Below are positions 21,961 to 35,590 of a stretch of DNA of 64,000 bases, in pieces. The position numbers and the translations under genes were made by a program. The notes under the pieces are model-generated. The model saw nothing but the letters and a program-made list of their open reading frames with translations. It made no database searches and was not told where the DNA came from. Each line of letters starts with the position of its first letter. Position 1 is the first letter of the stretch. Source of the DNA: Octopus vulgaris (taxonomy: Eukaryota); the NCBI GenBank assembly GCA_951406725.2, contig OX597831.1, positions 1,612,001-1,676,000 of the forward strand. Reading direction: 5' to 3'.

Positions 21961-24178
21961 AGCCAAGATGAATACAATTGTAGTCTTGGAAGCTGTAGAG
22001 TCAATCAAGCATTCAAGATGAGCATTATTTGTAATTCAATGGTACAACAGTGTAAGAGTTTGCTTTGAGATATACTTAGATTGTGATTTCTGCAATGTGG
22101 TGCATAAATTGTCAAGTAAATGAGAGGCATCTTTCCCTCCACTGATTCAGTTGCAAAGTGTTATTTTGAGTAAAGTTATTTGGTTGCAGACCTCCTTTGA
22201 GTTTTTTTTTTATCACAGGGTCAGAGATAGTCCCCAGATGGTAACATTAATTTCAAGGCCTTTCCAGATAGTGATTGGTCATTTAAAGAGATTTATATAT
22301 TGCAAATTTATTCTGTTCAGTTACCTATCGGCATAGTGATCATTGGCAAACTCCAGAGGTGTGCTTTCATTTCCCCTTAGCCTTCACGTCATACAATTGT
22401 TAATGTTTATTTGAGTTGGGTCATGCCCTTCCAATTGCTATAGACTCGTAATGCCTCTTATGGCTGTGCTGGTCACATTGGGGAGTGGTAACAACCAGAG
22501 TAGAGTAGCTGAATGCTTATTGTGATCATTCGTCTTTTGGTTTCCTGTACCTTTGCTCTCTCATCTTGAATCATTTAATATAATTCCACGAAAATCTAAC
22601 AGGAGTTGGAGCTCAGCTGCTGAGGAAGTCAAAGATGATGGAAATATGTTCACAGTTGCCTCCTTTACTTACCAAAATGATGAACTGTTTTAATCATTTA
22701 GCTAATGTTATTTTCCATTTTTGCATAATCATTTCTAATTAGAATTTTAATACACACTAGATTAAATATGTTAACTTAGAGTTAGTTAGTTAGTTACTGC
22801 AACTATTTATTTACAGCTATTTAGAAGTTAAGTGTAGTGGCTACAGACACAATGAAAGTGTCCAATGACAGGCTGTGAACTTCCTGCTTGTCTTTTCATA
22901 GTCTACTGTCTTCCAGGCTATCTACTTAATCATCTACATTCACTGAGACAGACTTCTAATTATTGTTTTCAGCCTTTATATTCTTTTGTTGTTGATAAGT
23001 TTGCTTCATATTTCCATGGTTCTTTCAATTTTTGGCGCAAGGTCAGGATTCCTAGGGAGGGAGTATGTCAGTTACATTGACCCCCAGTGCTCAACTGGTG
23101 CTTATTTTAATTGACCTTGAAAGGATGAAAGGCAAAGTTGATCATGGCAGAATTTGAACTCAGAGGGATGAAATGCCACCAATCATTTTGCTCAGTGTGC
23201 TAATGGTTCTGCCAGCTCACCGCCTTATATTTAACCCTTTAGTGTTTAAACTGGCTATATCCGGCCCAAATATTCTACACATTTTATGCTCAAACTGGCC
23301 AGAACATGCATCTCACACCTACCCTGCAATGTCATTCTAAAAATAAGCAATTACATCTTTACTATCTTGAAGCTACAAAATAATATCAGATAAATTTTTT
23401 TAAATGTGAATAAATAAGGATTATTTTTGACAAATTAATACGAACGCTAAAGGGTTAATAATAGTAATAATAATAATAATAATAATAATGAATTTGTATA
23501 CACTGCTCACATATACTAACTACAGCTTACCAAGAAAGGTTAAAAGCGGGAACAGAAAGCAGCAAATAAGTCACATAAAGACAGCAATGAAGGCAAGAAG
23601 TGCATGCATAATACACAGAATAAAACACAAAAATAGACAGAAAAGTCAATATAGTCACAAAGAGGGAAAGGTCCATTGACAGGTCAGGAGTAGTGTTAGT
23701 GAACTTTGGGAAGAAGCATGGAATTTTTGAAGGATGCAATGTCCTGACAGACTTAAACATTCAATGTATTGAGTAATCAATGTCAGTCTGGAAGATATTT
23801 TCAAAATTCTTCATTTCAATCAATAAGGAAAACATATTCACAAGCATGCATACATACATACATACATATCATCATCATTTAACGTCTGTTTTCCATGCTG
23901 GCATGGGTTGGACAGTTTGACCAGAGCTGGCCAGCAGGAGAGCTGCACCAGGTTGCAGTCTTATTTGGCTTTTGTTCCTCTGGGCTGGATGCACTTTCTA
24001 ATGCCAACCACTTCACAGTGTGCACTGGGTGCTTTTAATGTGGCACTGGCACAAGAACATTTATGTGGCGCCAGCACAAGTGCTTTTCACATGGCACTGG
24101 CACAGGGCTCTTGCAGGCCAATCCTCTTCATCAAGGGATATATATATTGGGGATATATATATCAGGGGATATATATAT

Positions 24179-24213
24179 GTTTCCGACGAAGAGCTCCGCT
24201 CGAAACGTCAAAC
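24179..24213 (+). ncRNA. Minimal type I hammerhead-ribozyme-like motif (Penelope type)
   Basis: GTTT (stem I), CCGACGA, A, GAGC-TCC-GCTC (stem II), GAAA, C, GTC (cleavage triplet; palindromic ACGT stem III), AAAC (stem I). Confidence 0.6.
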
Positions 24214-24295
24214 CTTCCTTCTTCCCTGAGCGTCCAATAATACTTTATTTGTTCCACGTCCTTGCGTTGTTGTCTTTTTGTTTTCTTGTTTGGAT

Positions 24296-24336
<41 letters not shown>

Positions 24337-24338
<2 letters not shown>

Positions 24339-24624
24339 AGATGTATTTGCATAGCAAGTGACCTGATCTGAGATCGTGTGCTGGAACGAAAACAATTGCA
24401 GCATGGAAGGTGTTTATAAGCCATTTAAGAAACACAAAATCCGTTAGATTCACCTCAGCATTTAAATTTAATTCAGTGCTGCACGGAATTTTGTCAGTAA
24501 ACAGGTCGCAGTCTCAAAGCGATGAAAATATTTTGACAAATTAAATTTAAATGTTGAAGTGAATCTAACGGATTTTGTGTGTTTCTTAAATGGCTTATAA
24601 ACACACCTTCCATGTTGCAATTGC
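24337..24624. mobile_element. Foldback MITE with ~80-bp inverted arms
   Basis: 24393-24473 pairs with 24539-24623. A rearranged fragment of the same family, including the opposite terminus (...CTATGCAAGTACATCTCC), lies at 28003-28115. Confidence 0.85.
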
Positions 24625-24652
24625 TTATATATATATATATATATATATATAC

Positions 24653-25452
24653 AAGAAGAAAAGAAAATGGTGATTGGAAAGTTAATAATAGTTTATTAAC
24701 GACAAATTGGTCGTCTTCGCTTCTTACAGCTGTTTCAATTAATCTTTATATATAAAAGTAAGGTTGTGTGCTGTCTGTCTCCTACGATTTAGATTCCTAA
24801 CTACTCTCACATTTTGCGGTGCAGTTTAACCAAAACTGGGTATCTTATAGTCGTGATTCATATCGAGCCCTTCTGGGTATTAGCGCGCGTCTACGATGAG
24901 TCTACGATTTTAAAAAGAATTTACCATCAATTTTTCCCATTTTTAATGCATTTTTGGCATATATAAGGGAAGTAACTCTCTAACAATTTATTATTAAATC
25001 TCAGAACTTAAAAAGCTACAGTAACCCCCCCCCCTTGTGGTTAGCTATATTGAGATGGCTATTAAACTTTACATCTCTAAAAATGCTTATATAGTTATTT
25101 CCCTTACAAACCCGAGCAATGCCGGGTGATACTGCTAGTACCCAATAATTTAATTACAAATGTGTACATTAAATTTACATTTATGTGACATGAGTATCAT
25201 TTCATCAGAGGTAAAAAAAAAAGATGTACTTTGGATGTTATATGTTCATTAAAAATTCATTTTAGTAGACTCTTAAATCTGCTTATCAATTCATTTTTGC
25301 AGGCTCATGTCACATAACTATAAATTTAATGTACAAATTTGTAATTAAATTATTGAGTATTAATTGAAACAGCTGCAAGCAGTGAAGATGACCAATTTGT
25401 TGTTAATAATAAACAATAATAAACTTCCTAATTTCCATTTTCTTGTCTTCTT
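24653..25452. repeat. ~145-bp inverted repeat (probable Penelope-type terminal sequences); left arm split by a Helitron
   Basis: 24653-24742 plus 25139-25194 together are the reverse complement of 25304-25452. Confidence 0.85.
24743..25138 (+). mobile_element. Complete non-autonomous Helitron (396 bp)
   Basis: Starts with TC, ends with CTAG, has a subterminal hairpin CCCGAGCAATGCCGGG (25111-25126), and is inserted between A and T with no TSD. Confidence 0.9.
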
Positions 25453-26121
25453 TTAAATGGATGTGAACTATATGCTTTATATATACCTATTAAGGAAGTT
25501 CATTCCCCCCAAAATACTAGGTATTGAACCAGAATTTCCTTGGATGAAACCATCCTTCATGAGATTAACATATACTCTAATTAGATGTATGTATGTATGT
25601 ATGTATGTATGTATGTATGTATGTATGTATGTATGTGTGTGTGTTTGTGTGTATGCATGCATGTATGTATGTATGCATGCATGCAAGCTCGCAAGCTACT
25701 GGCCTGCTGGAAATAGAAACCAAATAGCTCTTGAATCACACCCTACTGTTTTAAATACAAAAGGGTGTATTGAATAATGTAGTTCAAGATATACAGTGTC
25801 TGATAATAAAAAATAATAGAAAAGGGATGCCAAGGAACATATTTGAACATCTTCATTTATATCTCAAATACATTAAATACCTACTCTTATTTCACTGTAT
25901 AGCTACACATATATGTTAGTGTTTTTATGTCAAGTTATAAATAAAAGTAACAACTGAAGGGTTACTCAACACATTTTGGGAGAGTACATATTTATCAACC
26001 TTTACAAGGAACTGCTTGACAGTAACTTTATCAGACTTGAAAGTGAGCAAGCTGAAACTTCAGAGACATTGTCAACGTTTTCTTTGTAAAACTTAATAAA
26101 TGTCTGTCTGTTTGTTAGTCT

Positions 26122-26161
<40 letters not shown>

Positions 26162-26952
26162 ATGCACATGTGTGTGTATGCATGTGGTGCACATGTATTT
26201 TGTCCTCTACATTATTTTAGCTAGATGTCACCTGATTACTAAATGACCCAGTGTGAAAAAATGTACATACTTAAAATTGGACTGCTGTGTATTGGCCACA
26301 CACACACACACACACTCACTCACTCACACAGTATCACCCTACTTTAACAAAATTATATTGACATAGTCTCTCTGCTATACCCCCCATTACTACTCCTGCT
26401 GTTTCATTGCTGTGCTATCAACTTTCCTACATCACCTTCCATCATGTTCTCCACCTGATTTCCACCTGACTACTGGCAGTGGTAGTGGTGGCGTGATTTA
26501 CCTACTTAACTGTCCTCACAGGTTGATATCAGGTGGCACAGCTACTGACACTATTTTCTCACCTAGCTTAGCTGTTGTCAACTTCTGCTCTCTCAATATT
26601 TATTTCTTGACCCCTTTTGATACCAACCCTCTTGAGACCACCCCTACTTCTAAGATACAACTTCCTGCTTTAAAGTGATCTAAACTTCAAACATTCCATG
26701 AAAATTTCATATTATAATCTCAAACACCATCTTAACAATCTTTTCTACTATAGGCACAAGGCCTGAAATTTTGTGGAAGGGGGATAGTCGATTAGACTGA
26801 CCTCCAGTGCTCAACTGGTATTTATTTCATCAACCCCAGAAGGATGAAAGCAAAGTCAACCTTGGTGGCATTTGAACTCAGAATGTAAAGACAGATAAAA
26901 TGTCACTAAACATTTTCTCTCGTATGCTAAGGATTCTGCCAGCTCACTGTCA

Positions 26953-27399
26953 CCCTTTCGTTACCAACCCGGCCAAAACCGGCTCTGGCTCTGTAGTATA
27001 AATGTCTTGTTTTCATTAGTTTTTCATTAAAATTTACCATCAAACCTTAGTTACAATTTATGTTCCTAACATTAGCTTAATGACAGCTAAGTTATTTTGC
27101 TAAATTTTTTGTTATATTTAAAATAATTGAAAGAAATTTTGAGCATCTCAAAATAAATACAGTAACGAAAGGGTTAAAACGCTTTCGTTACTGTATTTAT
27201 TTAGAGATGCTCTGTGTTTCTTTCAATTACTTTAAACACAACAAAGAATTTAGTAAAATAACTTAATTATCATTCAGCCATTGTCAGGAACATAAATTGT
27301 GACTAAGGTTTGGTGGAAGATTTTAATTCAAAACTTATGAAAACAAGACATTTGTACTCAGAGCCAGAGCCGGTTTCAGCCGGGTTGGTAACAAAAGGG
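26953..27399. mobile_element. Two abutting inverted copies of piggyBac-like MITE family P2
   Basis: 26953-27173 (CCCTTTCGTTACC...AACGAAAGGG|TTAA) and 27180-27399 (its reverse complement, ending AAAAGGG|TTAA). A third copy lies at 40002-40221. Confidence 0.92.
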
Positions 27400-28115
27400 T
27401 TAATAATGGCTGTTGACTAAATTCTGCATTATTTTCAAGGTTAATTGAAACAAAAGTAGTGTTAAATTTTATAGTTCTGTCTTCCTTGTCTATTTGTGTG
27501 TTGTGTGTGTGTGTGTGTGTGTTTGTTTGCAAGAGGCAATGATTTGTTTTTCTGATACACCATGGAGGCATTGTTTAAACAGGAACTTAGCTAATGTGCT
27601 CAATAATAGGAAATTTAAAGTTATATAACTTAATAATATGTGGTGTAATTGAATCTAGAAACCTATATCCTCTCTTACTCTTCCTGTGTGGTGTGTGTGT
27701 GTGTGTGTGTATATACCTGTATATATGTACTTCAGAGGGTAACGTTCTAAGTGCAATCTCATGGTCATTCATGACCTATGGAAGGTGGACGTTAAATGAT
27801 GATAATGATGATGATATATATATTATATTCTTAATATTCTATCATATATATCATCATCATCATCGTTTAATGTCCGCTTTCCACACTAGCACGGGTTGGA
27901 CGGTTCAACCGGGGTCTGGGAAGCCAGGGGCTGCACCAGGCTCCAGTCTGATCTGGCAGCGTTTCTACAGCTGGATGCCCTTCCTAACGCCAACCACTTG
28001 TGGAAAGTGTTTATAAGCCATTTAAGAAACACACAAAACCCGTTAGATTCACTTCATTGTTTTCGTTCCAGCACATGATCTCAGATCAGGTCACTTGCTA
28101 TGCAAGTACATCTCC

Positions 28116-28350
28116 ATAATTATATTCTTAATATTCCATTATATATATATAGATTTTATTCTTAATATTTTATTTTATATTATATCCTTAATGTTATATA
28201 TTATATTCTTAATACGCTATTATATATATATTATATTCTTAATACTCTATTATATATATATTATATTACATTCTTAATATTCTATTATATATATATATAT
28301 ATTACATTCTTAATATTCTATTATTTTATGTATTATATTACTTATATATA
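28116..28350. repeat. AT-rich ~27-bp minisatellite
   Basis: Recurrent ATTATATTCTTAATATTCTATTATATAT-like units. Confidence 0.75.
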
Positions 28351-30309
28351 TATCTATAGTAAATGATTACATTGGTAACATAAATAAAAAATTGCTGTAC
28401 AAAAATTTTTTTAATGTGTGCTATTTTTCTGACTTAAGTAAATCTGACCAATTATTTACACACACACACACACTCACACATGTATATATACAGTGTCCTT
28501 AAGCAAGGTACTTCATTTCATGTTACCCTAGCCTAGTCAGCTAAAATGAGACTTAACCCACTACTGGGACAGCCCCCTTCTCACTGTCACATCCTGATTG
28601 TTGCAATTGATGCAAGTTCGTTCGTTTATTGGCCACAAGGGCTAACAAAAATCAATTAAAACATAAAGGGGCAAAACACAGGACGAAAGTTACAAAGGGT
28701 TTTGTCCGTTTAATAATGACTTCCTGATTTAGGCACAAGTCCCAGCAATTTGAATAGGAGGACATTGGTTGTACTGTTGCCTCACAAGTTAACTGGTACT
28801 CTATTTTATTGAACTTGGAGGGATGTTAAGGGCAAAGTTAACCTTGGTGAGATTTGAAACCAGAATGTAAGGAATTAAGACAAATAGCACCAGACATTTT
28901 ACCCAATATTCTAACAATTCTGCCTACTTGTTGCCAATAATAATAATAATAATAATAATAATAATCCTTTCTACTATTGGCATAAGGCCTGAAATTTTGG
29001 GGAGGTAGAGAATCAACTACATTGACCCCCAGTACTTGACTGGTACTTAATTTATCAACCCCAAAAGGAAGAAAGGCAAAGTTGACCGTAGCAGAATTTG
29101 AACTCAGAATGTAAAGAGAGACAAAATGCTCCTAAGCATTTTGCCTGGTGTGCTAATGATTCTGTCAGCTTGCCAACAGCTTCTCATTTAGGCACAAGAC
29201 CTGAGAGGAAGGGAATTCATCAATACTGTTGGACACTTAGTACTTTACTGGTACTCTGTTTTATCAACCCCAAAAGGATGGAAGGTGAACTTGATTTTGG
29301 TGAGATTTTAAATTCAGAGTGTAAAGAACTAAGACAAATCACTGCAAGGCATTTTAGCCAACAATTACAATTCTGGAAGCTTGTTGCCAATAACGATTTC
29401 TTCTATTTGCCATCAGGGTAACAGTTGAGGGGTACAATACAAAAAAAAAAGAAAAACCTTAAGTATGGGGATTTACATGGAATAGAATTACTTATTTCCA
29501 AATAAAAGTATACATATGCAGGCATGGCTGTGTGCTAAGAAGCTAGCTTCCCAACCACATGGTTCCAGGTTCAGTCCCACTGCATGGCATGTTGGGCAAG
29601 TGTCTTCTACTATAACCTCAGGCCTACTAAAGCCTTGTGAGTGGATTTGGTAGGCAGAAACTGAAAGAAGCCCATTGTATGTATGTATGTATATATATAA
29701 ATCTACATATACATATTTATGTGTGTTTGTGTGTGTCTGTGTTTGTCGCCCTGCCAATCCTTGACAACTGATACTGGTGTGTTTATGTAACCATAACTTA
29801 GTAGCTTGACAAAAGAGAACAATAGAATAAGCGCTAGGCATACAAGGAATAAGTCCTAGGGTCAATTTCTTCGACTATATCCCTGTAAGGTAGTGCTCCA
29901 GCATGGCCGCAGTCAAATGACTGAAGCAAGTTAAAGAATAAAAGAATAGGCACATTCTTCCCAGTTCAGTCCTGCTGCATGGCACCTTGGGATGACTTAA
30001 GCCTTGTGAGTGAATTTGGTAGATGGAAACTGAAAGAAGCCATTGTCTGTATGTGTGTATGAGTGTGTGTGTTTGTGTATGTATATATGTATATTTTTGT
30101 GTTTGTCCCCTAATGTCGCTTGATAAGCGGTGTTTGTTTACATCCTTGTAACTTAGCACATTAGCAAAAAAGTTCAATAATGCAAGTACCAGGCTTAAAA
30201 AATAAGTACTGGGGTTGATTTGATAGACGAAACTCTTCAAAGTGGTGCTCCAGCAAGGCCACAGTCCAACAAAAAGAATCAACGAAAGTAATGAATGGAA
30301 GTATACATG

Positions 30310-30960
30310 GTATACAGTATAAAAGAAAAAAAAAATGATGATACAATCCCTCTAATAATATAGGAGGACTTCTAGGGCCAATCAAGGAACCCCACCATTG
30401 AAAATCTCCCCAAATACCAAGGGAAAGTGTCCTATCCAATTTTTATTCTCCAATTTATGGGTTTATACCTAATGGTGCCTTCCATTCTTGCCATTTTTGC
30501 CACTTCCATCCACCTTTCGAAAAGTTCACTCCTAGATGGCACCTACCTTACCTTTCCACTTCACCTTACTGTTCAAGTGAAACATGAAAAAAGGTAACGC
30601 GGGTTCTACCAAAGAGGAAAGTCTTTGTTCTAATATCTTTCAGCCTTGTCCACTGCATAGCATCTTTCACTATAGCCGCAAAACAAGGGAAACTTGCCGG
30701 CCTTTCATTTCTGTGGCATTTTGTAAAAACTTTTCTCTTTCTTGCAACTTAGTTACGTAAGTGTAAAAATGTAAAAGAAGAAACATCCCCTTAAAAGGCC
30801 CCAATGCAATGTTTCCCACTTAAGCAGAAAAAAAAGTGGGGGGGGCAAAATGAAATACAAAAAAAAAAAAAATGGAAAAGCAAAATACCTATCCCTTCCT
30901 GGTCTATTGATAAGAATCTTGCCACACCCTTTTATCTGTGAAATGGGGGTTGGAGATAGT
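30310..30960 (-). mobile_element. Decayed LINE 3' fragment (possibly L1/Tx1-like)
   Basis: The minus strand gives broken peptides such as FPCFAAIVKDAMQWTRLK, reminiscent of L1/Tx1 ORF2 C-termini; no intact frame. Confidence 0.35.
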
Positions 30961-31299
30961 CTAGAGTTACAACAAACAAGTATAACACTATGTAACAACA
31001 GTTTTAGTTAACCAGTTGAAAGGTGATGGTGGTGGCAGTGGTGGAGGAGTTCGTGGTGGGTGAGGCAGCAGGGGTGGTGGTGGTGGCTTTGAGCTTGCAC
31101 CCATAAATTCTTCTGGTGATAGATGGTGTTGATAAGGAACAATTGGCTTTGCCTGATGATGTCCACACACACATGTTCCTTCATTTTACTTGCCTTTCTT
31201 CTATGCAAGCATGATTTGAACATATACCTTATTGTGTGTATACAAGTACACACGCACATCCATACATGTATGTTATTTCATATCAGTATAGGTCGAATG

Positions 31300-31700
<401 letters not shown>

Positions 31701-32139
31701 ATACAGATATACATACAGACATTTATGCAAACAAGTACACACACTTGTATATACATACAGATGTATGTGTATATGTATACACACATTTATACACACATGC
31801 ACATAGACACACAAACATTCACATATAAAGATAGGGTGGAAGCTGCCAATCCACAAATACACATCTACATCATTTCTTCCATCAATTTCAGATTTTCAAC
31901 ACTATTTATAAACATAATATACTGTCATTTAAACATATGACATCCATTGTATAAAACGATGTACAATTTATCTTATCACAGCTATCAGCACAACCCTCTT
32001 TCAGTTCCACTAATGTATACATCATGTACGTGTGTACACATCTAATCACATGTGCATAGATGTTGTCTATACTCTTGTGTGTGTTTGTGTCTGTCTAGGC
32101 TTGTATATATTATATAGGTATCTCTCTTTCTTTCTCTCA

Positions 32140-32140
32140 G

Positions 32141-32181
<41 letters not shown>

Positions 32182-32614
32182 GTATGTATGTATATACATG
32201 TGTATATGTATGTATGTATATACATGTGTATATGTATGTATGTATATACATGTGTATATGTATGTATGTATATAATTGTGTATATGTATGTATGTATATA
32301 ATTGTGTATATGTATGTATGTATATACATGTGTATATATATGTATGTATATACATGTGTATATATATGTATGTATATACATGTGTATATATATGTATGTA
32401 TATACATGTGTATATATATGTATGTATATACATGTGTATATATATATGTATGTATATACATGTGTATATATATATGTATGTATATACATGTGTATATATA
32501 TGTATGTATATACATGTGTATATATATGTATGTATATACATGTGTATATATAAGTATGTATATACATGTGTATATATATGTATATATAAGTATGTATATA
32601 CATGTGTATATATA

Positions 32615-32645
<31 letters not shown>

Positions 32646-32706
32646 GTATGTACATGTGTATGTATATGTATGTATATATATGTGTGTGTGTGTGTGTATA
32701 TATATA

Positions 32707-32759
<53 letters not shown>

Positions 32760-32760
32760 A
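32140..32760. repeat. 26-28 bp minisatellite built from TA/TG microsatellite
   Basis: Unit about TATACATGTGTATATATATGTATGTA, repeated many times with TA slippage. Confidence 0.9.
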
Positions 32761-35394
32761 TTGCAGATATTCTTCTAATAGTCTGCTACCATTATTCCCA
32801 CCTTTTTCATATTTTCAACACTATTTATAAACATAGTAAATTCACCATTTAAACCTATTACAATTCTGCTATAAACAATGTTACCATTTTACCCTGTTAT
32901 AATAATAATAGTCAACCCGCTGTGTTTCTCTATTTATATCTCTCCATCCAGTGTAGTAGTACTACTACTACTACTAATAATAATAATACTACTACTACTA
33001 CTACTACTACTACAAGCCAGCTGTCACTCATGAGCGAGTATGGCTTGGTAACTTGTATCATGCTCTCACTAATTGTTTTCCGTGTCTGTGTAGTTGTGAA
33101 CAGACATAGACACTCTCTTGATCCTTCCCACCCTTAAACCCAACAGCACATTCAGAATAAAGCAGCTGGATGGCAAAATAGCTGCATCAGCATCCATCCA
33201 GCTAGTGCTCATTTTCAGCTAACTAGATTGGAGGAAAGTGAAATTAAGTGCCTTGCTGAAGGACCCAACGTGCCAACTTGATCCAGGAATTAAACTCGCA
33301 ATCTCATGATTAAGATCAGTCATGCTTCATGATTCTGATGAGTCATTAAGCATGTTCTTTGTTACAAATCTGTTCCTTTCCTTATTGACTTCAACCAATA
33401 CAAAACCGGTCTGTCCATGACAGTCTATTTCTCTAGTGTTCAGATCTGAATCTAAATCTTGATTGTGACCATTTTATGATTCAGAGTAGTGGATATTCTT
33501 AGTTCTTCCACTCATGATGTCTCTAATACTTGTGGAGAGGTAAAATGCAGCCAATCCTCTTATCAACCATTGCAAAGTGGTTGATTAGAGGGCAGGCATT
33601 GTGCTGTAGAACCATGCCAACAACAAATGAGGAATAAACAATGGCAAAGTAGAATCTGGAAGCTACTGTGCAGGCAACCTAAGAGAAGAGTAACTCTGAA
33701 AAATACTGTTAAAGGATAAAGGGTACATTTAGGCTTTGCTACAGACAACCACTATAACGTTGGTGGCATGGTTAAATGTACCTGGTTCATGGTGAGATAT
33801 TTAGTCTGGCCAGCCAATGCTTGCATGGCAAAAAGGATACAAAGCGATGGTGATGGTAATGAAAACAAGAATGTGAATGACCAACCAATACATTGAATTA
33901 GCTGTTTTAATATTGGTTCCAAATTTTAGCACAAGGCCTGCAATTTCTGGGGAGGGGTAAGTTGATTACAGTGGGTGACACATAAAAAGCACCATTTGAG
34001 CGTGGCCATTGCCAGTACCGCCTGACTAGCCCTTGTGCCGGTGGCATTTAAAAGCACCCACTACACTCTCGGAGTGGTTGGCATTAGGAAGGGCATCCAC
34101 CTGTAGAAACTCTGCCAGATCAGATTGGAGCCTGGTGCAGCCATCTGGTTCGCCAGACCTCAGTCAAATCGTCCAACCCATGCTAGCATGGAAAGCGGAT
34201 GTTAAGCGATGATGATGATGACCCCAGTGTTCAATTGGTACTCATTTTATCAACCCTGAAAGGATGAAATGCAAAGCTGCCTCAGCAGAATTTGAACTCA
34301 AGATGTGAGGAGGGATGAAATGCTGCTAAACATTTTATCTGGTGTGCTAATGATTTACCAGCTCACGACCTTAGATAGATGTTTTAATTTGGTTACATAA
34401 TCAGTTTTGATTAACTCAAAAATTAATTGAACCCCATAGGAAATTTACATATAGTGTTGTTGTCAATACAGAGAACTGGTACAGGTGCTACAAAGCACCT
34501 CATCAGACTCTCCAATACTTTTACCAATCCATTACTTTGGATTGGGAGGTTTTTTTTTGCCATTGAAAAAATAAAAGTAAAGTTGACCTCAGCAGGGTTT
34601 GAACTCAGGGTACAGAGCATCGAGGTAAATTCCGCAAGACCACGTGGAACTAAATATGTAAAAGATAAAAATATAACAAAGATAGTCCAGTGAATCAGTG
34701 GTTTGAATTTTAATTCCCTGACACTAAGGTGACACTTAGGACAATTTCTTTAAATGGTTTGTCTTGCCATGCGTATAGAGGCCAGCCATGTCTATCAGGT
34801 CACATCTGTCACCATAGCAACACTGTAGATATATTGTAGTAGTAGTACTGTGAGTAATTAGAGCATAGTAGTAGCAGTAGTAGTGGTAGTAGAAGTGCTG
34901 TTGGCTTTTATAGGTAGTTGCTGTCTTTCCAACACAATACTATGTAGACAAGAAATTTAATTTTTTTTCTGTTTACTCTTTCTCGATATAAAGATTACAA
35001 ACCATTTCAAAACATATCAAAAATAGTGTATTCTTTGATTTTAATCAAAAAGAAATGCAGTATCTTATCAGTGTTCCATGAATGTTGCTATAATTTAAAC
35101 CCTCAATATTCAGGAACCAGAGCTGTAATCAAAGGCATTCCTGTCATGAACATTTTGTCTTTCCTCAGCATATCCAAGAAACAGAAAACCTTGTCCAGTA
35201 AGACCTTTTCTTAAACAGAAAATTATTTGGCTGTTATTTCTAGCATGTTGAACGACCATCTAGAGGCACCTCTATTGGATCGTTCTATTGAGGTTTCTAA
35301 ATAAGGCCATTCATCCCCTCTTAAATGTTGGAATTTTGGTCCCAAGATTTAGGATCACTGAGCTGAAATTATACTATCTTTGTTGGTCATAGGT

Positions 35395-35590
35395 CTTCTC
35401 TCTCTATCCGCTCAGTTGAAGTCGACTCTCGGTCACTCGTTGGATCAGTGTCCTCCAGTCAGTTCTATCCTGGGCCGCTTCCTTTAGACTGGCCATGTCC
35501 ATTCCAGTATCACTCCTGATGGTGTCAAGCCAGCAGGTTCTTGGTCGGCCTCTTCCTCTCTTGCCACTGACCATTCTGAGCATGGTCTTA
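35395..35590 (-). mobile_element. RTE/BovB-type LINE 3' terminal fragment
   Basis: 35583-35404 translates MLRMVSGKRGRGRPRTCWLDTIRSDTGMDMASLKEAAQDRTDWRTLIQRVTESRLQLSG*, matching the GxRxRGRPxxxWxD...DRxxWR C-terminus of RTE-clade ORFs, followed by a short (GA)n tail. Confidence 0.85.

Noticed and set aside
32032-32852. Cluster of long overlapping ORFs (YIHT/CIYM-rich)
   Set aside because: Translations of TA/TG mini- and microsatellite. The same applies to 5800-6342, 12720-13527 and 31123-31806.
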